A stretch of 64,000 bases of DNA from a virus. Position 1 is the stretch's first letter; each line of letters starts with the position of its first letter. The notes under the pieces were generated by a model, which saw nothing but the letters and a program-made list of their open reading frames with translations, was not told where the DNA came from and made no database searches. The position numbers were made by a program, and so were the translations under genes. Positions 27,985-37,974 of this stretch are shown in pieces. Location of the stretch: positions 4,977 to 68,976 of the IMG/VR virus record IMGVR_UViG_3300035670_000170; one strand, written 5' to 3'.

Positions 27985-28077
27985 ACATAACAAAGGCTAA
28001 AAAGCATAGCCTGACAAGTTAGTGCTAATTTTAAAGCGTGATTAATAGGCTACGCTTCTTAGCCTCGACCGTTGGGC
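27985..28077 (+). other. attC-like hairpin C1
   Basis: ACATAAC; AGGCTAAAAAGCATAGCCT...AGGCTACGCTTCTTAGCCT; CGACC; GTTGGGC. Confidence 0.82.
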
Positions 28078-28081
28078 GCAA

Positions 28082-28294
28082 TTAAAAGCGACCCGTAAAC
28101 AGAACATTCGGAATATCACGATAATTTACCGTGTGTTCGTTGATGTATTTAGCGGCATCATTTTGTGCTTCACAAGCACCTTCTTGCCAGCATTTTTCAG
28201 CAAACTGACGAAGTATCTCTACACTTGCCGCTAAATTCTCACTTTGCATTAATTGTTCTGCAATCTCTTGTAATTCTTGTTCTTTGTTATCCAT
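28082..28294 (-). CDS. cassette hypothetical protein
   Basis: 70 aa, fills cassette C2. Confidence 0.7.
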   Translation of the reverse strand: MDNKEQELQEIAEQLMQSENLAASVEILRQFAEKCWQEGACEAQNDAAKYINEHTVNYRDIPNVLFTGRF

Positions 28295-28314
28295 TTCGTT
28301 TGAAAATTAACCGC

Positions 28315-28409
28315 GCCCAACAGCGGTTTAGCGCAATGCCGCTGAGAGTGCAGTGGTTAAAATTAAGTTTGTAATATGCGGCACTGCGCCAAGCCGCAAA
28401 ACGTTACAC
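28315..28409 (+). other. attC-like hairpin C2
   Basis: GCCCAAC; GCGGTTTAGCGCAATGCCGC...GCGGCACTGCGCCAAGCCGC; AAAAC; GTTACAC. Confidence 0.85.
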
Positions 28410-28498
28410 TAATAAAACGGGCGCCACAAAGAAAAGGTTTCACTTCCAATAAAACAATAGTGAATTAAGTAGTATTTTTGTAACAAACAAAGCCCTAA

Positions 28499-30934
28499 GT
28501 GGATAAGGACACAATAGCAAAGCACCTATCTGAAAGCCCCTTCCCTAACCTTCAGATAGACCCAAAGATAAAAGCCACCCCTGACTTTGGGCTAAAGGTG
28601 GCAAAGCACATATACTACCGCAACAGCTACGACAGCACCATCACGGGGCGTTCCATAAAGATACGTACCAACAGGATGTATTCGGAGGGTAGACAGCCAA
28701 TAGAGCAATACTACCCATACCTTGACGCAGACATCCAAGGGCAGAACGACGGTACCATGCTTAACATCGCGTGGGACATCGTTAGCCCAGCACCAAAGTT
28801 CGTCAGCCTCCTACTGGGGGATATGATTAACCAAGACTACAAGATTCAGTTTAACGCCATAGACCCCTTTAGCCGTACAGTATTCAGCAAAGCCCGCGAC
28901 GAATACTACGGTAAGATCGTCCGTCAGCAGATGGCAGATGAAATAAGCCGACAGACAGGGGTAGCCTTAGAATCAGCGATGGGGGAGGGCGACCCCGTGA
29001 CACCCGATGAGATAGAACTGCACATGAGTATGTCCTTTAAGCAGGACGTCGAACTGGCGTTTGAGGAAGGGGTGGACTTTGAGTTGTACAACAACAACGT
29101 CAAGGAAGTAGCAAAGAAAGTGTGCCGCGACCTGATAGAGAACGCAAGCGGTTGGTGCTGTGCATACTTCGATGAGAACAAGCGCGTCCGCTTTAGGTAC
29201 GTTGACCTTGAGTACGTCGTTACCAGTGCCAGCAACCAAAACGACTACCACGACGCGGACTACTTCGGGGAGGTTCGCCTTATATCTATACGGGAACTGC
29301 GCCGTATAGCGTCCGAGCAGGGGCTACTATCGGAAACAGACCTGTTCAGGATAGCAAAGATAAACAGCGGTCAGTTCAGTAACCCACGGTGGGTGTACGG
29401 GGACGTGTACAACTCCGCAGGGGTCTACAACGGGATGTACTACAATTACGACGATTTCAGGGTAGAAGTGCTGGACTTCCTGTTGTACACTATTGATACT
29501 GTTAACTACGAATGGCGCGAGAACAAGTACGGCAACCACTTCCTGAACAGGAAGGACTACGGGTACGTACCGCCCAAGGAATCGAAGTACAACAAGGAGA
29601 AGATAGAGAAGGATATTGAACAGGAATATGCTGGGGTGTTTATCCCGTCGTACAACAAGATGGTCAAGTGGGGGAAGTCCGAGAATATGCTCCGTCAAAA
29701 GAGCAATGGCTCTATCAGCGCCCGTTGCGTCCGTAAGTACATCGGATATGCCATCAACAACCGCTATGGCGACCCTGTTTCCATGTTAGACCGTATCAGG
29801 GTTCACCTTGACAACATACAGATTCTATCGCTGAAGATGCGGCAGTTTGTCGCTGAAGCCACCCCACCGGGCGTTGCCGTGGACGTTGACGCCTTAACAG
29901 ACGTTACGCTGTCTGCCGCCCAGTCCATGACACCCATGCAGATTGTAAAGATGTTCAAGCAGAAGGGTGTCCTTATTTACAGCCGCCGTTCGTCTATCGA
30001 CGGGGAGTATATGAATGGCGCCCCGTTAGAGAACCTACCCAATGGCATCGGTGACGGGTTACAGCCGTTTATGAACGCCATACAGTATGAGATGGCACAG
30101 ATACGGGAGTACACGGGTATCAATGAAGCGGTGGATGCCACCAAGCCTGACAAGGACGCCCTTGTGGGGATACAGAAGTTACAGATTGCCAATAGCAACA
30201 ACGCCACGCGGGAACTGTATTCAGCGTGGATTCACGGTATCTATGAGCCACTGGGACACACGTTAGCTGCTATGATTCAGAAAAGGCTTATGTACGACCC
30301 CAAGGCTTTTGAGGAATACAGTGCGGTGTTCGGTAAGATGGGGGCATCGGTGATAAAGTCCCTGAAAGATAGGGTTGACACCGTTGAGTTGGGTATTAAG
30401 ACAGAGGCGTTACCTGACGCTGAGGCCGTGGAACGGATGGAAGGGTATATCGTGGCGGCGCTTACAAGTGGCACCATTGATATTGAGGATGCTATATTGC
30501 TGCGTAAGGTGATGAACGTAGGTCGTGCCGAGCAGATGCTTATTGTGAAAAAGCGTAAGCGCCAAAAGGCTATGATGGAGGAGCAGCGGCAGAAGGAGAT
30601 GATGACTGCCGAGCGCGAGAAGATGGCTGCACAGGCAAGGGCAGAGGCCGATATGATGGTTGAGCAGACGAAGTTCCAGTTTGAAATGGAGAAGCTGAAG
30701 AAGAAGTACGAACTGGAAATCGAACTTGAGAAGGTTAAGGGTGAGAACCTACGTGCTGTTGCCCATATCCGTGGGGCTAATGAGATTGACAAGATTGAGG
30801 TAGCGTCACAGATTAACAAAGACATCCAAGATGAGGCGAGTGCTATTACCCCTAAAGGTAAAAGGGACTTAGTGCCGGGTATGCGTGACCCTAATGTTAA
30901 CACAGACCCTATGGGTGCTGCTATGGAAGTTTAA
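28499..30934 (+). CDS. portal protein
   Basis: 811 aa downstream of TerL; GINEAVDA..P..DALVG.QKL...NSNNAT segment and C-terminal coiled coil, as in crAss-like portals. Confidence 0.85.
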   Translation: MDKDTIAKHLSESPFPNLQIDPKIKATPDFGLKVAKHIYYRNSYDSTITGRSIKIRTNRMYSEGRQPIEQYYPYLDADIQGQNDGTMLNIAWDIVSPAPKFVSLLLGDMINQDYKIQFNAIDPFSRTVFSKARDEYYGKIVRQQMADEISRQTGVALESAMGEGDPVTPDEIELHMSMSFKQDVELAFEEGVDFELYNNNVKEVAKKVCRDLIENASGWCCAYFDENKRVRFRYVDLEYVVTSASNQNDYHDADYFGEVRLISIRELRRIASEQGLLSETDLFRIAKINSGQFSNPRWVYGDVYNSAGVYNGMYYNYDDFRVEVLDFLLYTIDTVNYEWRENKYGNHFLNRKDYGYVPPKESKYNKEKIEKDIEQEYAGVFIPSYNKMVKWGKSENMLRQKSNGSISARCVRKYIGYAINNRYGDPVSMLDRIRVHLDNIQILSLKMRQFVAEATPPGVAVDVDALTDVTLSAAQSMTPMQIVKMFKQKGVLIYSRRSSIDGEYMNGAPLENLPNGIGDGLQPFMNAIQYEMAQIREYTGINEAVDATKPDKDALVGIQKLQIANSNNATRELYSAWIHGIYEPLGHTLAAMIQKRLMYDPKAFEEYSAVFGKMGASVIKSLKDRVDTVELGIKTEALPDAEAVERMEGYIVAALTSGTIDIEDAILLRKVMNVGRAEQMLIVKKRKRQKAMMEEQRQKEMMTAEREKMAAQARAEADMMVEQTKFQFEMEKLKKKYELEIELEKVKGENLRAVAHIRGANEIDKIEVASQINKDIQDEASAITPKGKRDLVPGMRDPNVNTDPMGAAMEV

Positions 30935-30960
30935 CCCTTTCTTTGCCGCGCCCGTTTTGG

Positions 30961-31539
30961 TTACTTTTGTTTGCCCTGAATAAACTCGCTTAACTCCTGA
31001 TCGCACACATGACCAAAGTGCTGCTTGTAAAAAGCGTAACTCGCTAACTTAGCAGTACAATTTTCTGCCTTTTGGATGTCGTGTATCTTATTGTGGCACG
31101 TTCTACAAACAGGCCAAACCCATTCAACCTCATCCGGCGTGTTAACCTTGTGGTAACTTATGTGGTGTAGCTGTATCGGCATATTCTGACAGAACATACA
31201 TTCCCGATACTTTTGCTGACGTCTAAGAAATGCGTGTATGGCTTGCCACCTTTTTGACTTGTAGTACGTGTTAGTGCTAAACGTATAGTTCTTAATAATC
31301 GGTATGTCGGCAATAGTCTTTACAGTGGGCTTTGCTGGCGGGTTAGCATTTAGGTTGTATAAGTACCAGTAGAACTTTTCTGTTATTTTTCTACCAACAA
31401 CCTGTGATTTCCAACCCTTAAATAACGGATATGGTAAACCGAGAGCCTCCGCAACAGCGCGTGTCAGGGTGCCATTTCTGCTAATATCAGACAGCCTTTT
31501 CTCTGTCAGTATGAAATCAGGTATATAGTTGCTTCTCAT
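30961..31539 (-). CDS. HNH endonuclease
   Basis: YYKSKRW...CMFC...LHHISY...VCRTCHNKIH. Confidence 0.85.
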   Translation of the reverse strand: MRSNYIPDFILTEKRLSDISRNGTLTRAVAEALGLPYPLFKGWKSQVVGRKITEKFYWYLYNLNANPPAKPTVKTIADIPIIKNYTFSTNTYYKSKRWQAIHAFLRRQQKYRECMFCQNMPIQLHHISYHKVNTPDEVEWVWPVCRTCHNKIHDIQKAENCTAKLASYAFYKQHFGHVCDQELSEFIQGKQK

Positions 31540-31558
31540 TTATGTATAATAAGTGTAA

Positions 31559-32302
31559 TCATATAGAGTATTCAAGCATTGCACGCACAAGCACTGTTGA
31601 CCCCATTATGAAAGCCCCCTTCAGTTCAATGTGTTTAAGCATGGCTGGTGTTATGTCAACAGCGATGTATTGACCCCCACCTATTTTTATCTGCCCTGCT
31701 TTCTCCATTGACCGCAGCAGGTTCCATGCCGTCATGCGTGACACCTGAAGGATGCCAGCCCAACGTGTGATGCTGCAACGTGCTTTTAGGTCAAATGCGG
31801 CCTGACCTGTGTGTATAACCCGCTTTTGGTCAACCCCCAATCCAGCCCCGGTTTCATAAAAGCCCCATAGTTTTATCAGTTGCTTCTTGCTTTTACCCCG
31901 GACTTGTCGGTAGTTGAGCGTGTTCAGTTTGGCACACAGCCCTTCCCGCTTTCCAATTTCCTTTACGATGATATGTTTCCTAATCTCATTAGGTATGTCT
32001 TTAATGTTGTCGTATTCGATGTCAATATAGTAGTAAGCCTTTTTCACGAAGTGCTTTGGGCTAACAAACGTCATGTTCCCTTTTAGCATCCGGCAGAAGC
32101 CGTGTGTGAGCCACCCTTTTTGGTAGCGTGATATGCTGGCGTAGTTGATTCCTGATTTGTCGGCGGCGCTGCGTACCGTCCACTTGAAGAAAGTGCCGTT
32201 TTTGTATATGGACTTCATGTGCAGCCACACCGACAGGGATGGTAGCCCTATGGTTGCCGATGCGTATTTGTACAGTCCGTATGAAACAGTTGCCTTTTTC
32301 AA
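31559..32302 (-). CDS. putative DNA-binding protein with two winged-HTH-like segments
   Basis: TVRSAADKSGINYASISRY and SITRWAGILQVSRMTAWNLLRSMEKAGQI. Confidence 0.55.
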   Translation of the reverse strand: MKKATVSYGLYKYASATIGLPSLSVWLHMKSIYKNGTFFKWTVRSAADKSGINYASISRYQKGWLTHGFCRMLKGNMTFVSPKHFVKKAYYYIDIEYDNIKDIPNEIRKHIIVKEIGKREGLCAKLNTLNYRQVRGKSKKQLIKLWGFYETGAGLGVDQKRVIHTGQAAFDLKARCSITRWAGILQVSRMTAWNLLRSMEKAGQIKIGGGQYIAVDITPAMLKHIELKGAFIMGSTVLVRAMLEYSI

Positions 32303-32505
32303 TTCATTGTTCTATATGCGGCAACGGATAAAAAGTAAACCCCTCAAGATTAACCGGTGGCGCGGTAGTCGAGAGGGGTTTTAAGAAAGCTTTATCGGGC
32401 CACCGATACCCAAAGATACAACCTTTTTTGAAACCACCAAAAGGCAAGCCAAAATTTTCACACAAAATTTTATTCTTAACTTTGCGGTAATCAAATCAAA
32501 TTAAA

Positions 32506-33615
32506 ATGTCAGACGCAATGGAAGGCTTGGTTAAGTCCATGCTTGAGAAACAGAGTTCTTTGAATAACGATAATACGGCAGCACCCGCACAACCGGAGCC
32601 GACACAGGCAACCCCTGAACCGACGCCGCAGCCAGCAGCTACCGCCGAACCCACGCCTGAACCAAAGGTTGAGCCTACGGCAGAGCCGACACCAACGCCA
32701 CAGGCACAAGCGCCAACTACACCAGTAGCGGAACCCTTACCAAATCGGGCGCCCGAAACACCTACTGTTGAGGAAAAGCCACAGCCTAAGACATGGAGTG
32801 AGGCAATGGAGATACTAAACGACAACCTCTATGAGCAGTACGGTTACACCTACGAAGACATTGAGGCCATCCACAGTATCGACTTAGATGAAATGGAGGA
32901 CAGCGATGTAATCGTCAACAGTATGCTCCTTAACGACCCCGACATGACAGAACGGGAGATAGAGGTGCAGATGAAAAAGTTTGACGTCCTATACATGGAT
33001 GAAGCAAAGCTGAACGAACTGATTGAAGAAGGGAAGATTACCCAAGATGAGGTGGACGCACGCAGCGCGGAGTTCGACAGGATGCTACGCAACGCACGCA
33101 GGGCTATTGAGGAAGTGCAGGGTGAGCTACCAAAGCCGGAACAGATAGAATTTGGCATGGCACCGAACAAAAGCGGTGATGCCACACAAGAAGGACTAAA
33201 GCAGTTAGTGGAGTTCGTTAACGGTATCACATCCGAGTATCAGTCAGAGAAATTCGACATTAAGGACAAGGATGGGAACGTTATCGGTACCGTAAGCTAT
33301 GGTGTTGATGATACCGCGAAAGCACAAATCAAAGACACTATCGCAAACCCTAACGGCATTTGGTCACGGTGGGTTGATACCATTGATGGTAAAGCGCAAG
33401 TCAACCACAGCCGTATGCTACGGGACATGACCGTTTTGACGCAGTTTGAAAACATCGCACGGTCAATCTATAACGAAGCCTTTGCTAAGGGTAGCAAGGC
33501 CGAGTTGGAGAAGATTGATAACGTGACGTTCGACAGAAATGGACAAACAAGGACTGCACAAAAGACGGATGATGCCACCGAAGCAATGAAGCAAGCGCTA
33601 CGAACAAGTTTTTAA
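32506..33615 (+). CDS. putative capsid scaffolding protein
   Basis: Acidic, Pro/Glu/Thr-rich N-terminus, immediately before the MCP. Confidence 0.65.
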   Translation: MSDAMEGLVKSMLEKQSSLNNDNTAAPAQPEPTQATPEPTPQPAATAEPTPEPKVEPTAEPTPTPQAQAPTTPVAEPLPNRAPETPTVEEKPQPKTWSEAMEILNDNLYEQYGYTYEDIEAIHSIDLDEMEDSDVIVNSMLLNDPDMTEREIEVQMKKFDVLYMDEAKLNELIEEGKITQDEVDARSAEFDRMLRNARRAIEEVQGELPKPEQIEFGMAPNKSGDATQEGLKQLVEFVNGITSEYQSEKFDIKDKDGNVIGTVSYGVDDTAKAQIKDTIANPNGIWSRWVDTIDGKAQVNHSRMLRDMTVLTQFENIARSIYNEAFAKGSKAELEKIDNVTFDRNGQTRTAQKTDDATEAMKQALRTSF

Positions 33616-33639
33616 CAAATAATCTTTTAACAAGAAAAC

Positions 33640-35067
33640 ATGGCAACATTCACACCCGGAGTTTATAGTACAGATGTTACTAATAACTTCCTGTCGTTTT
33701 ACGACGCCCTAAAACCCAACATTGAAGAATTGTTGGTACAACGCTACGGAAAGGAACTTTTGGGACTTTCTATGATGATGGATTTGTTTGGCGCCACCAA
33801 AGGCACCGACAACCTTCAGTACAGCCACTATGAGATGAACCGCGTTATGCCGAAGATTTCGGCTACCAGCCCCGGCGGTGCCGCTGGCGCAGCAGTGACT
33901 TTCACGCTGGCAACTGATTCTAAGACCGCCTACGGTTCTTACGTGCCTTACAACACGTCTTCTACCGTTACCACCAAGGCACTGCCTGTACGTGTTAACG
34001 ACATCCTTCAGGTTAAACCTGCATCGGGAACAACTGTAAGTTCAGGTAACTACATCCAGTGTATCGTACTTAGCGTAGACAAGTCTGCGGGTACATTCTC
34101 TGCCCGTCCTGTTGACAGCACAAAGTCTATCCCTACTATCGCTACCGCTGACGAAATCGCCATCATGGGTAATGCCAACGGCGAAAAGTCAACTGACCCA
34201 GAATCACTGACCTACGGAACAGAGAAATATACCAACAACCTTGGTATCATCCGTCACCTGTGGGAGGTTTCTGACATCGGTAACGACGTTAAGACTTGGT
34301 ACAACGATGGCCCACTTCGCGGTCGCTTTAGCATCCGTGGTGAGCAGGTTGGTTTCACCCAGTTTATGAACATGGTTGACCTGCGTATCCTGACATCAGA
34401 GAACATCAACAACCTGTCTGTATCTGAAGCGTTCGACACTTTGGGTCAGCCTATCGCAGCTACTAAGGGTCTTATCCCTGAACTGACTTCACGTGCTAAC
34501 AACCGTACCTATGCTGGCGCCGTTGGTTTCACCGTGTCTGACATGGAGGACTTGGTTATTGAACTTGACGCACAGAAAGCTGGCGACGACCACCTGTTCT
34601 TCACTGGTATCGCCCTTGGTGGACAGATCGACCGTGAGTTCCGTGACTTGTTTAAGAACGGCGCTATATCTTATGGTTCGTTCACAGGCGACAGCGAGAA
34701 GTCTGTTAACCTTGCGTTCCAGAACTTCAGCATCAACGGTTATACCTTCCACAAGCGTAACCTTGCAGCCCTTAACGACACGCAGACCACTGGTGCGGCA
34801 GGCTACGGTTACAAGTACGAAGGGTTCACCATCCCAACACGTAGCGCGAAAATCGCTGGTGGTGAGGAGATGGGTGCTATGGTACCGACACTGCGTAAGC
34901 GTTACCTTCAGTCTGCCACTGGCGAAAGCCGTGAATACCGTATCGAATACTTCGACGGGTTCAAGAGTGCTGCTGACGGTGAGGCCACACACAAGGTGCG
35001 TTACATCGCCCATTGCGGTTTTGAATTGTTTGCAGCCAACACCTGCTCATACATCAAGCGCGCCTAA
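33640..35067 (+). CDS. major capsid protein
   Basis: 475 aa after the scaffold, strongly biased codons, followed by a terminator. Confidence 0.8.
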   Translation: MATFTPGVYSTDVTNNFLSFYDALKPNIEELLVQRYGKELLGLSMMMDLFGATKGTDNLQYSHYEMNRVMPKISATSPGGAAGAAVTFTLATDSKTAYGSYVPYNTSSTVTTKALPVRVNDILQVKPASGTTVSSGNYIQCIVLSVDKSAGTFSARPVDSTKSIPTIATADEIAIMGNANGEKSTDPESLTYGTEKYTNNLGIIRHLWEVSDIGNDVKTWYNDGPLRGRFSIRGEQVGFTQFMNMVDLRILTSENINNLSVSEAFDTLGQPIAATKGLIPELTSRANNRTYAGAVGFTVSDMEDLVIELDAQKAGDDHLFFTGIALGGQIDREFRDLFKNGAISYGSFTGDSEKSVNLAFQNFSINGYTFHKRNLAALNDTQTTGAAGYGYKYEGFTIPTRSAKIAGGEEMGAMVPTLRKRYLQSATGESREYRIEYFDGFKSAADGEATHKVRYIAHCGFELFAANTCSYIKRA

Positions 35068-35088
35068 TAGCCGCTTAAGGATAAAGGG

Positions 35089-35116
35089 AGGGAGGTCATT
35101 TGGCCTCCCTTTTTTT
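35089..35116 (+). terminator. intrinsic terminator after MCP
   Basis: AGGGAGGTCA-TT-TGGCCTCCCT followed by a T-run. Confidence 0.85.
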
Positions 35117-35149
35117 ATTTACCTTTGTGGAAATTAAATTAAAAGACAA

Positions 35150-36250
35150 ATGGAAAAGAAAGAGAACAAGCTTCTAATAGAGGCTATGAAGGAGATTAAC
35201 AAGCGGACAGAGTTAGTCTTCATGCTAAACCGCCGCAGTTCACAGGCACCGTACTTCCCGCCGACAGAAACAGTACCGGGCATCTGTGACATCTACGACC
35301 CATTCACCAACACACAGCGAACCATCAAGTACGCCACGGGGCTGTCCACGATATTCGTTGATGAAATGAGCGACGCGGAGAAGTTGCGTAACCCCGAATC
35401 AATCATGTTCACCAACGGTGTGCGTGTTGTGTCAACAATGGAGGTCAACCTATCGACATATATGATGCTGTGCGCGTACAATGAGGACGCGTCAAACGAA
35501 AAGACGGTGCTGGCGCCCTACGAATCCAAAAAGCGCAAGCGTAACATCAACAACAGTTCATTGTTCTTACTGCGTGACTTCCACCGTGAGGACAGCGAGA
35601 TTGTGTCTAAGCGTGAGGCGTCAATCCGCATGGAGAACAAAGTCCTTGAAATGAAAGACGATGAGTTACGTGCATACTACTTCGCTACTATGGGCGGTCG
35701 CTTTACCATCGCCGACGTGAGCAAGTTGGAACTTATTACCCTAAAGCGTGAATTGTTGGAGATTGCCCGTATTGATGCCGAGCGCATTGAGCGTGTGCTT
35801 ACAGACAGCGCCATCCGCGCACGTTACTGGTTGGGTCGCGCCATCAGCGAAGGGAAGGTTTTGCACAAGCACGAAGAAAACGCTTTGTATTGGCCTAATT
35901 CACAATCACCGTTCTTTAACGCGGTGGGTTCAGACGTGATTACATTCTTTGCCGAATCGTACACGGTTAACCCCAAGGTGCGTAAGTTCGTTGACGAGAT
36001 TGAGGAACTGATGGGTGTAAAGAAAGAGGAGAAGGAAGTTGTTGTGGTTGGTCACGAAGACCAGTTCTACATTAACCTTGTTGAGGAAGCCCTTGACCAA
36101 GACCTTGTGTTGAAGTTCGTTGAGAACGGGACAATTCGCTTTAGCAAACGTGGAGTAGCCCCGATGGAGTTCAAAGACAAGGAGGAAGTCATTGAAGCCA
36201 TTAAGAAGCCGGAAAATAAAAAACTATTAGCGTCTTTGATTATAGGATAA
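35150..36250 (+). CDS. hypothetical protein (virion module)
   Basis: 366-aa ORF following the MCP. Confidence 0.7.
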   Translation: MEKKENKLLIEAMKEINKRTELVFMLNRRSSQAPYFPPTETVPGICDIYDPFTNTQRTIKYATGLSTIFVDEMSDAEKLRNPESIMFTNGVRVVSTMEVNLSTYMMLCAYNEDASNEKTVLAPYESKKRKRNINNSSLFLLRDFHREDSEIVSKREASIRMENKVLEMKDDELRAYYFATMGGRFTIADVSKLELITLKRELLEIARIDAERIERVLTDSAIRARYWLGRAISEGKVLHKHEENALYWPNSQSPFFNAVGSDVITFFAESYTVNPKVRKFVDEIEELMGVKKEEKEVVVVGHEDQFYINLVEEALDQDLVLKFVENGTIRFSKRGVAPMEFKDKEEVIEAIKKPENKKLLASLIIG

Positions 36251-36302
36251 CACTGCATATATTTGCAGTCGTTCTTTACAGATGTTACATAGGACTAATG
36301 CC

Positions 36303-36336
36303 GAAGCCGTGATATTGTGTCGCGGCTTTGGTTTTT
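36303..36336 (+). terminator. probable intrinsic terminator
   Basis: AAGCCGTGATA/TGTCGCGGCTT stem followed by a T-rich tail. Confidence 0.55.
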
Positions 36337-36369
36337 AATAAAGGTGTATCTTTGTGCAAAGCATAAGAT

Positions 36370-37974
36370 ATGTCCCTTTCAGCAGTTAGTTTTAACCTTA
36401 CGTTTGACTTCTCATCGTCACCGAAGGTTTTTATTATCGAAGACACTACCGACTACGCTGGCGCCGCTGTTTCTAAGACGGTTGCTAACGGCGTCCTGAC
36501 TATCACGGGGCCTGACGGGTCTACCATTTACAACAACACCAACTTCAACGACCCTGACATTGACTGCGATGTGTCGCTAACCAATAGCGCTATCCAACTG
36601 CCACTAATGGGCGATGGTAGCGTGATGCAGGGCAGCTACACGGTGACGTACACCGTTCGTATCGCGGGGGCGTCTATCGCGTCTGCCTATGAGGTAAGCG
36701 ATTCAAAGACGTATTCACTAAACTACTTGTCGGGTGTCAACGTAAGCCTATCGCTTACCATGAACTGCAACAAGCCGTTGCTGACATCGACTGACACCAC
36801 TGACTATACCTATTTGGGCGTAACCCCAACTATCACCCGTGACCACCGCATCCAGTACCCACAGGTTGCTAACACGGCAGAGATTCAGGGCGGCAACGCC
36901 ACCACCGTTACAACATCCACGGTGTATGTGGTTAAGAACACCCCACTGACGTACACATCAACGGTATCGTCCACATTGATTTACTCAATGGGCGGGGGTG
37001 TGTATATCAAAAACCTTGTTTCAGGGGCTACCGCAGCACAGATAGCTTGTGACCCCAACTTGTGTGACATTTACTGTGGGCTACACGCTGCATGGGACAG
37101 GTACATCAATTACAAAGGTACACAGCGCGGTGCCGATGAGTTGAACAAGATTGTCAAGATGACGTCCGTGGCGCAGCTTGCGGCACAGGCTATTGAGTGC
37201 GGTAAGTCCGACGACGTTCCGGCTTACTTGGCAGAGATCAAGGCTATTGGTGGCTTTGACGACGACTGTGGTTGCGGATGCGACGACAGCGCCCCTACGT
37301 TGGTTCAGGGTCTTGGCGGCGGCACAGCGAACATCGTTGTTGAGGCTGGGAATGGCATTAGTGTTACAAGCACTACCGCTGGAGGCCAGACAACATACAC
37401 GGTAGCACTATCCACCACCCTGTTGAACAAAATCAATGCGATGTCCCCCATTGCCTTTGCAGAGGGTACGGGAATAGACATCACCAGTTCAACGGCGTCA
37501 GACGGAACTATTACATACACGATAACAAACAGCGCGGCTACGGATAACCCCGACCTGATGGCTGTTAACGTTGGCATAACATTCAACGGAAAGAGCTCCA
37601 CTGTCCCGACGTTAAGTGTTGTGTCAAGTAAGATTTACGGTGACTTGTTTAACGCCCCTACGTTGGCTAATGACAACGGTGGCAGTTACAACGACTGGGC
37701 ATCGTTACCCGTTGCGTTCACGCTGTCGAATATCTTTTCGGGTTCGGCTACAAGCTACTACCCCACTATTGAAGTTGTGGAAAGCACAATCCTTGGCGCA
37801 AGCAGCACAAAAGCAAATGATGGTCAGCGCTTGACGGCACGGATTATCGACTTCAACACCTCTGATATTAAGTTCACCTTACAGACGCCTGACGGCAGCG
37901 GCTACGCACAGTCTGGGGCGGTGTTTGATGGAGGGTTCTTGAGCGCTACTATAATCGTTAAATTCATGGCATAA
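36370..37974 (+). CDS. virion structural protein (tail hub/fibre-attachment candidate)
   Basis: 534 aa, Thr/Ser-rich, Cys cluster DCGCGCDD, AGNGI/EGTGI repeats. Confidence 0.6.
   Translation: MSLSAVSFNLTFDFSSSPKVFIIEDTTDYAGAAVSKTVANGVLTITGPDGSTIYNNTNFNDPDIDCDVSLTNSAIQLPLMGDGSVMQGSYTVTYTVRIAGASIASAYEVSDSKTYSLNYLSGVNVSLSLTMNCNKPLLTSTDTTDYTYLGVTPTITRDHRIQYPQVANTAEIQGGNATTVTTSTVYVVKNTPLTYTSTVSSTLIYSMGGGVYIKNLVSGATAAQIACDPNLCDIYCGLHAAWDRYINYKGTQRGADELNKIVKMTSVAQLAAQAIECGKSDDVPAYLAEIKAIGGFDDDCGCGCDDSAPTLVQGLGGGTANIVVEAGNGISVTSTTAGGQTTYTVALSTTLLNKINAMSPIAFAEGTGIDITSSTASDGTITYTITNSAATDNPDLMAVNVGITFNGKSSTVPTLSVVSSKIYGDLFNAPTLANDNGGSYNDWASLPVAFTLSNIFSGSATSYYPTIEVVESTILGASSTKANDGQRLTARIIDFNTSDIKFTLQTPDGSGYAQSGAVFDGGFLSATIIVKFMA

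Larger units (their letters stand above)
27726..28409 (+). mobile_element. integron-like cassette array C (2 cassettes) between terL and portal
   Basis: Head site 27726-27768; GTTATGTGCCATTTT...AAAACGGCACATAAC; hairpin; GTTGGGCGCAATTAA...TTAACCGCGCCCAAC; hairpin; GTTACAC. Confidence 0.85.
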
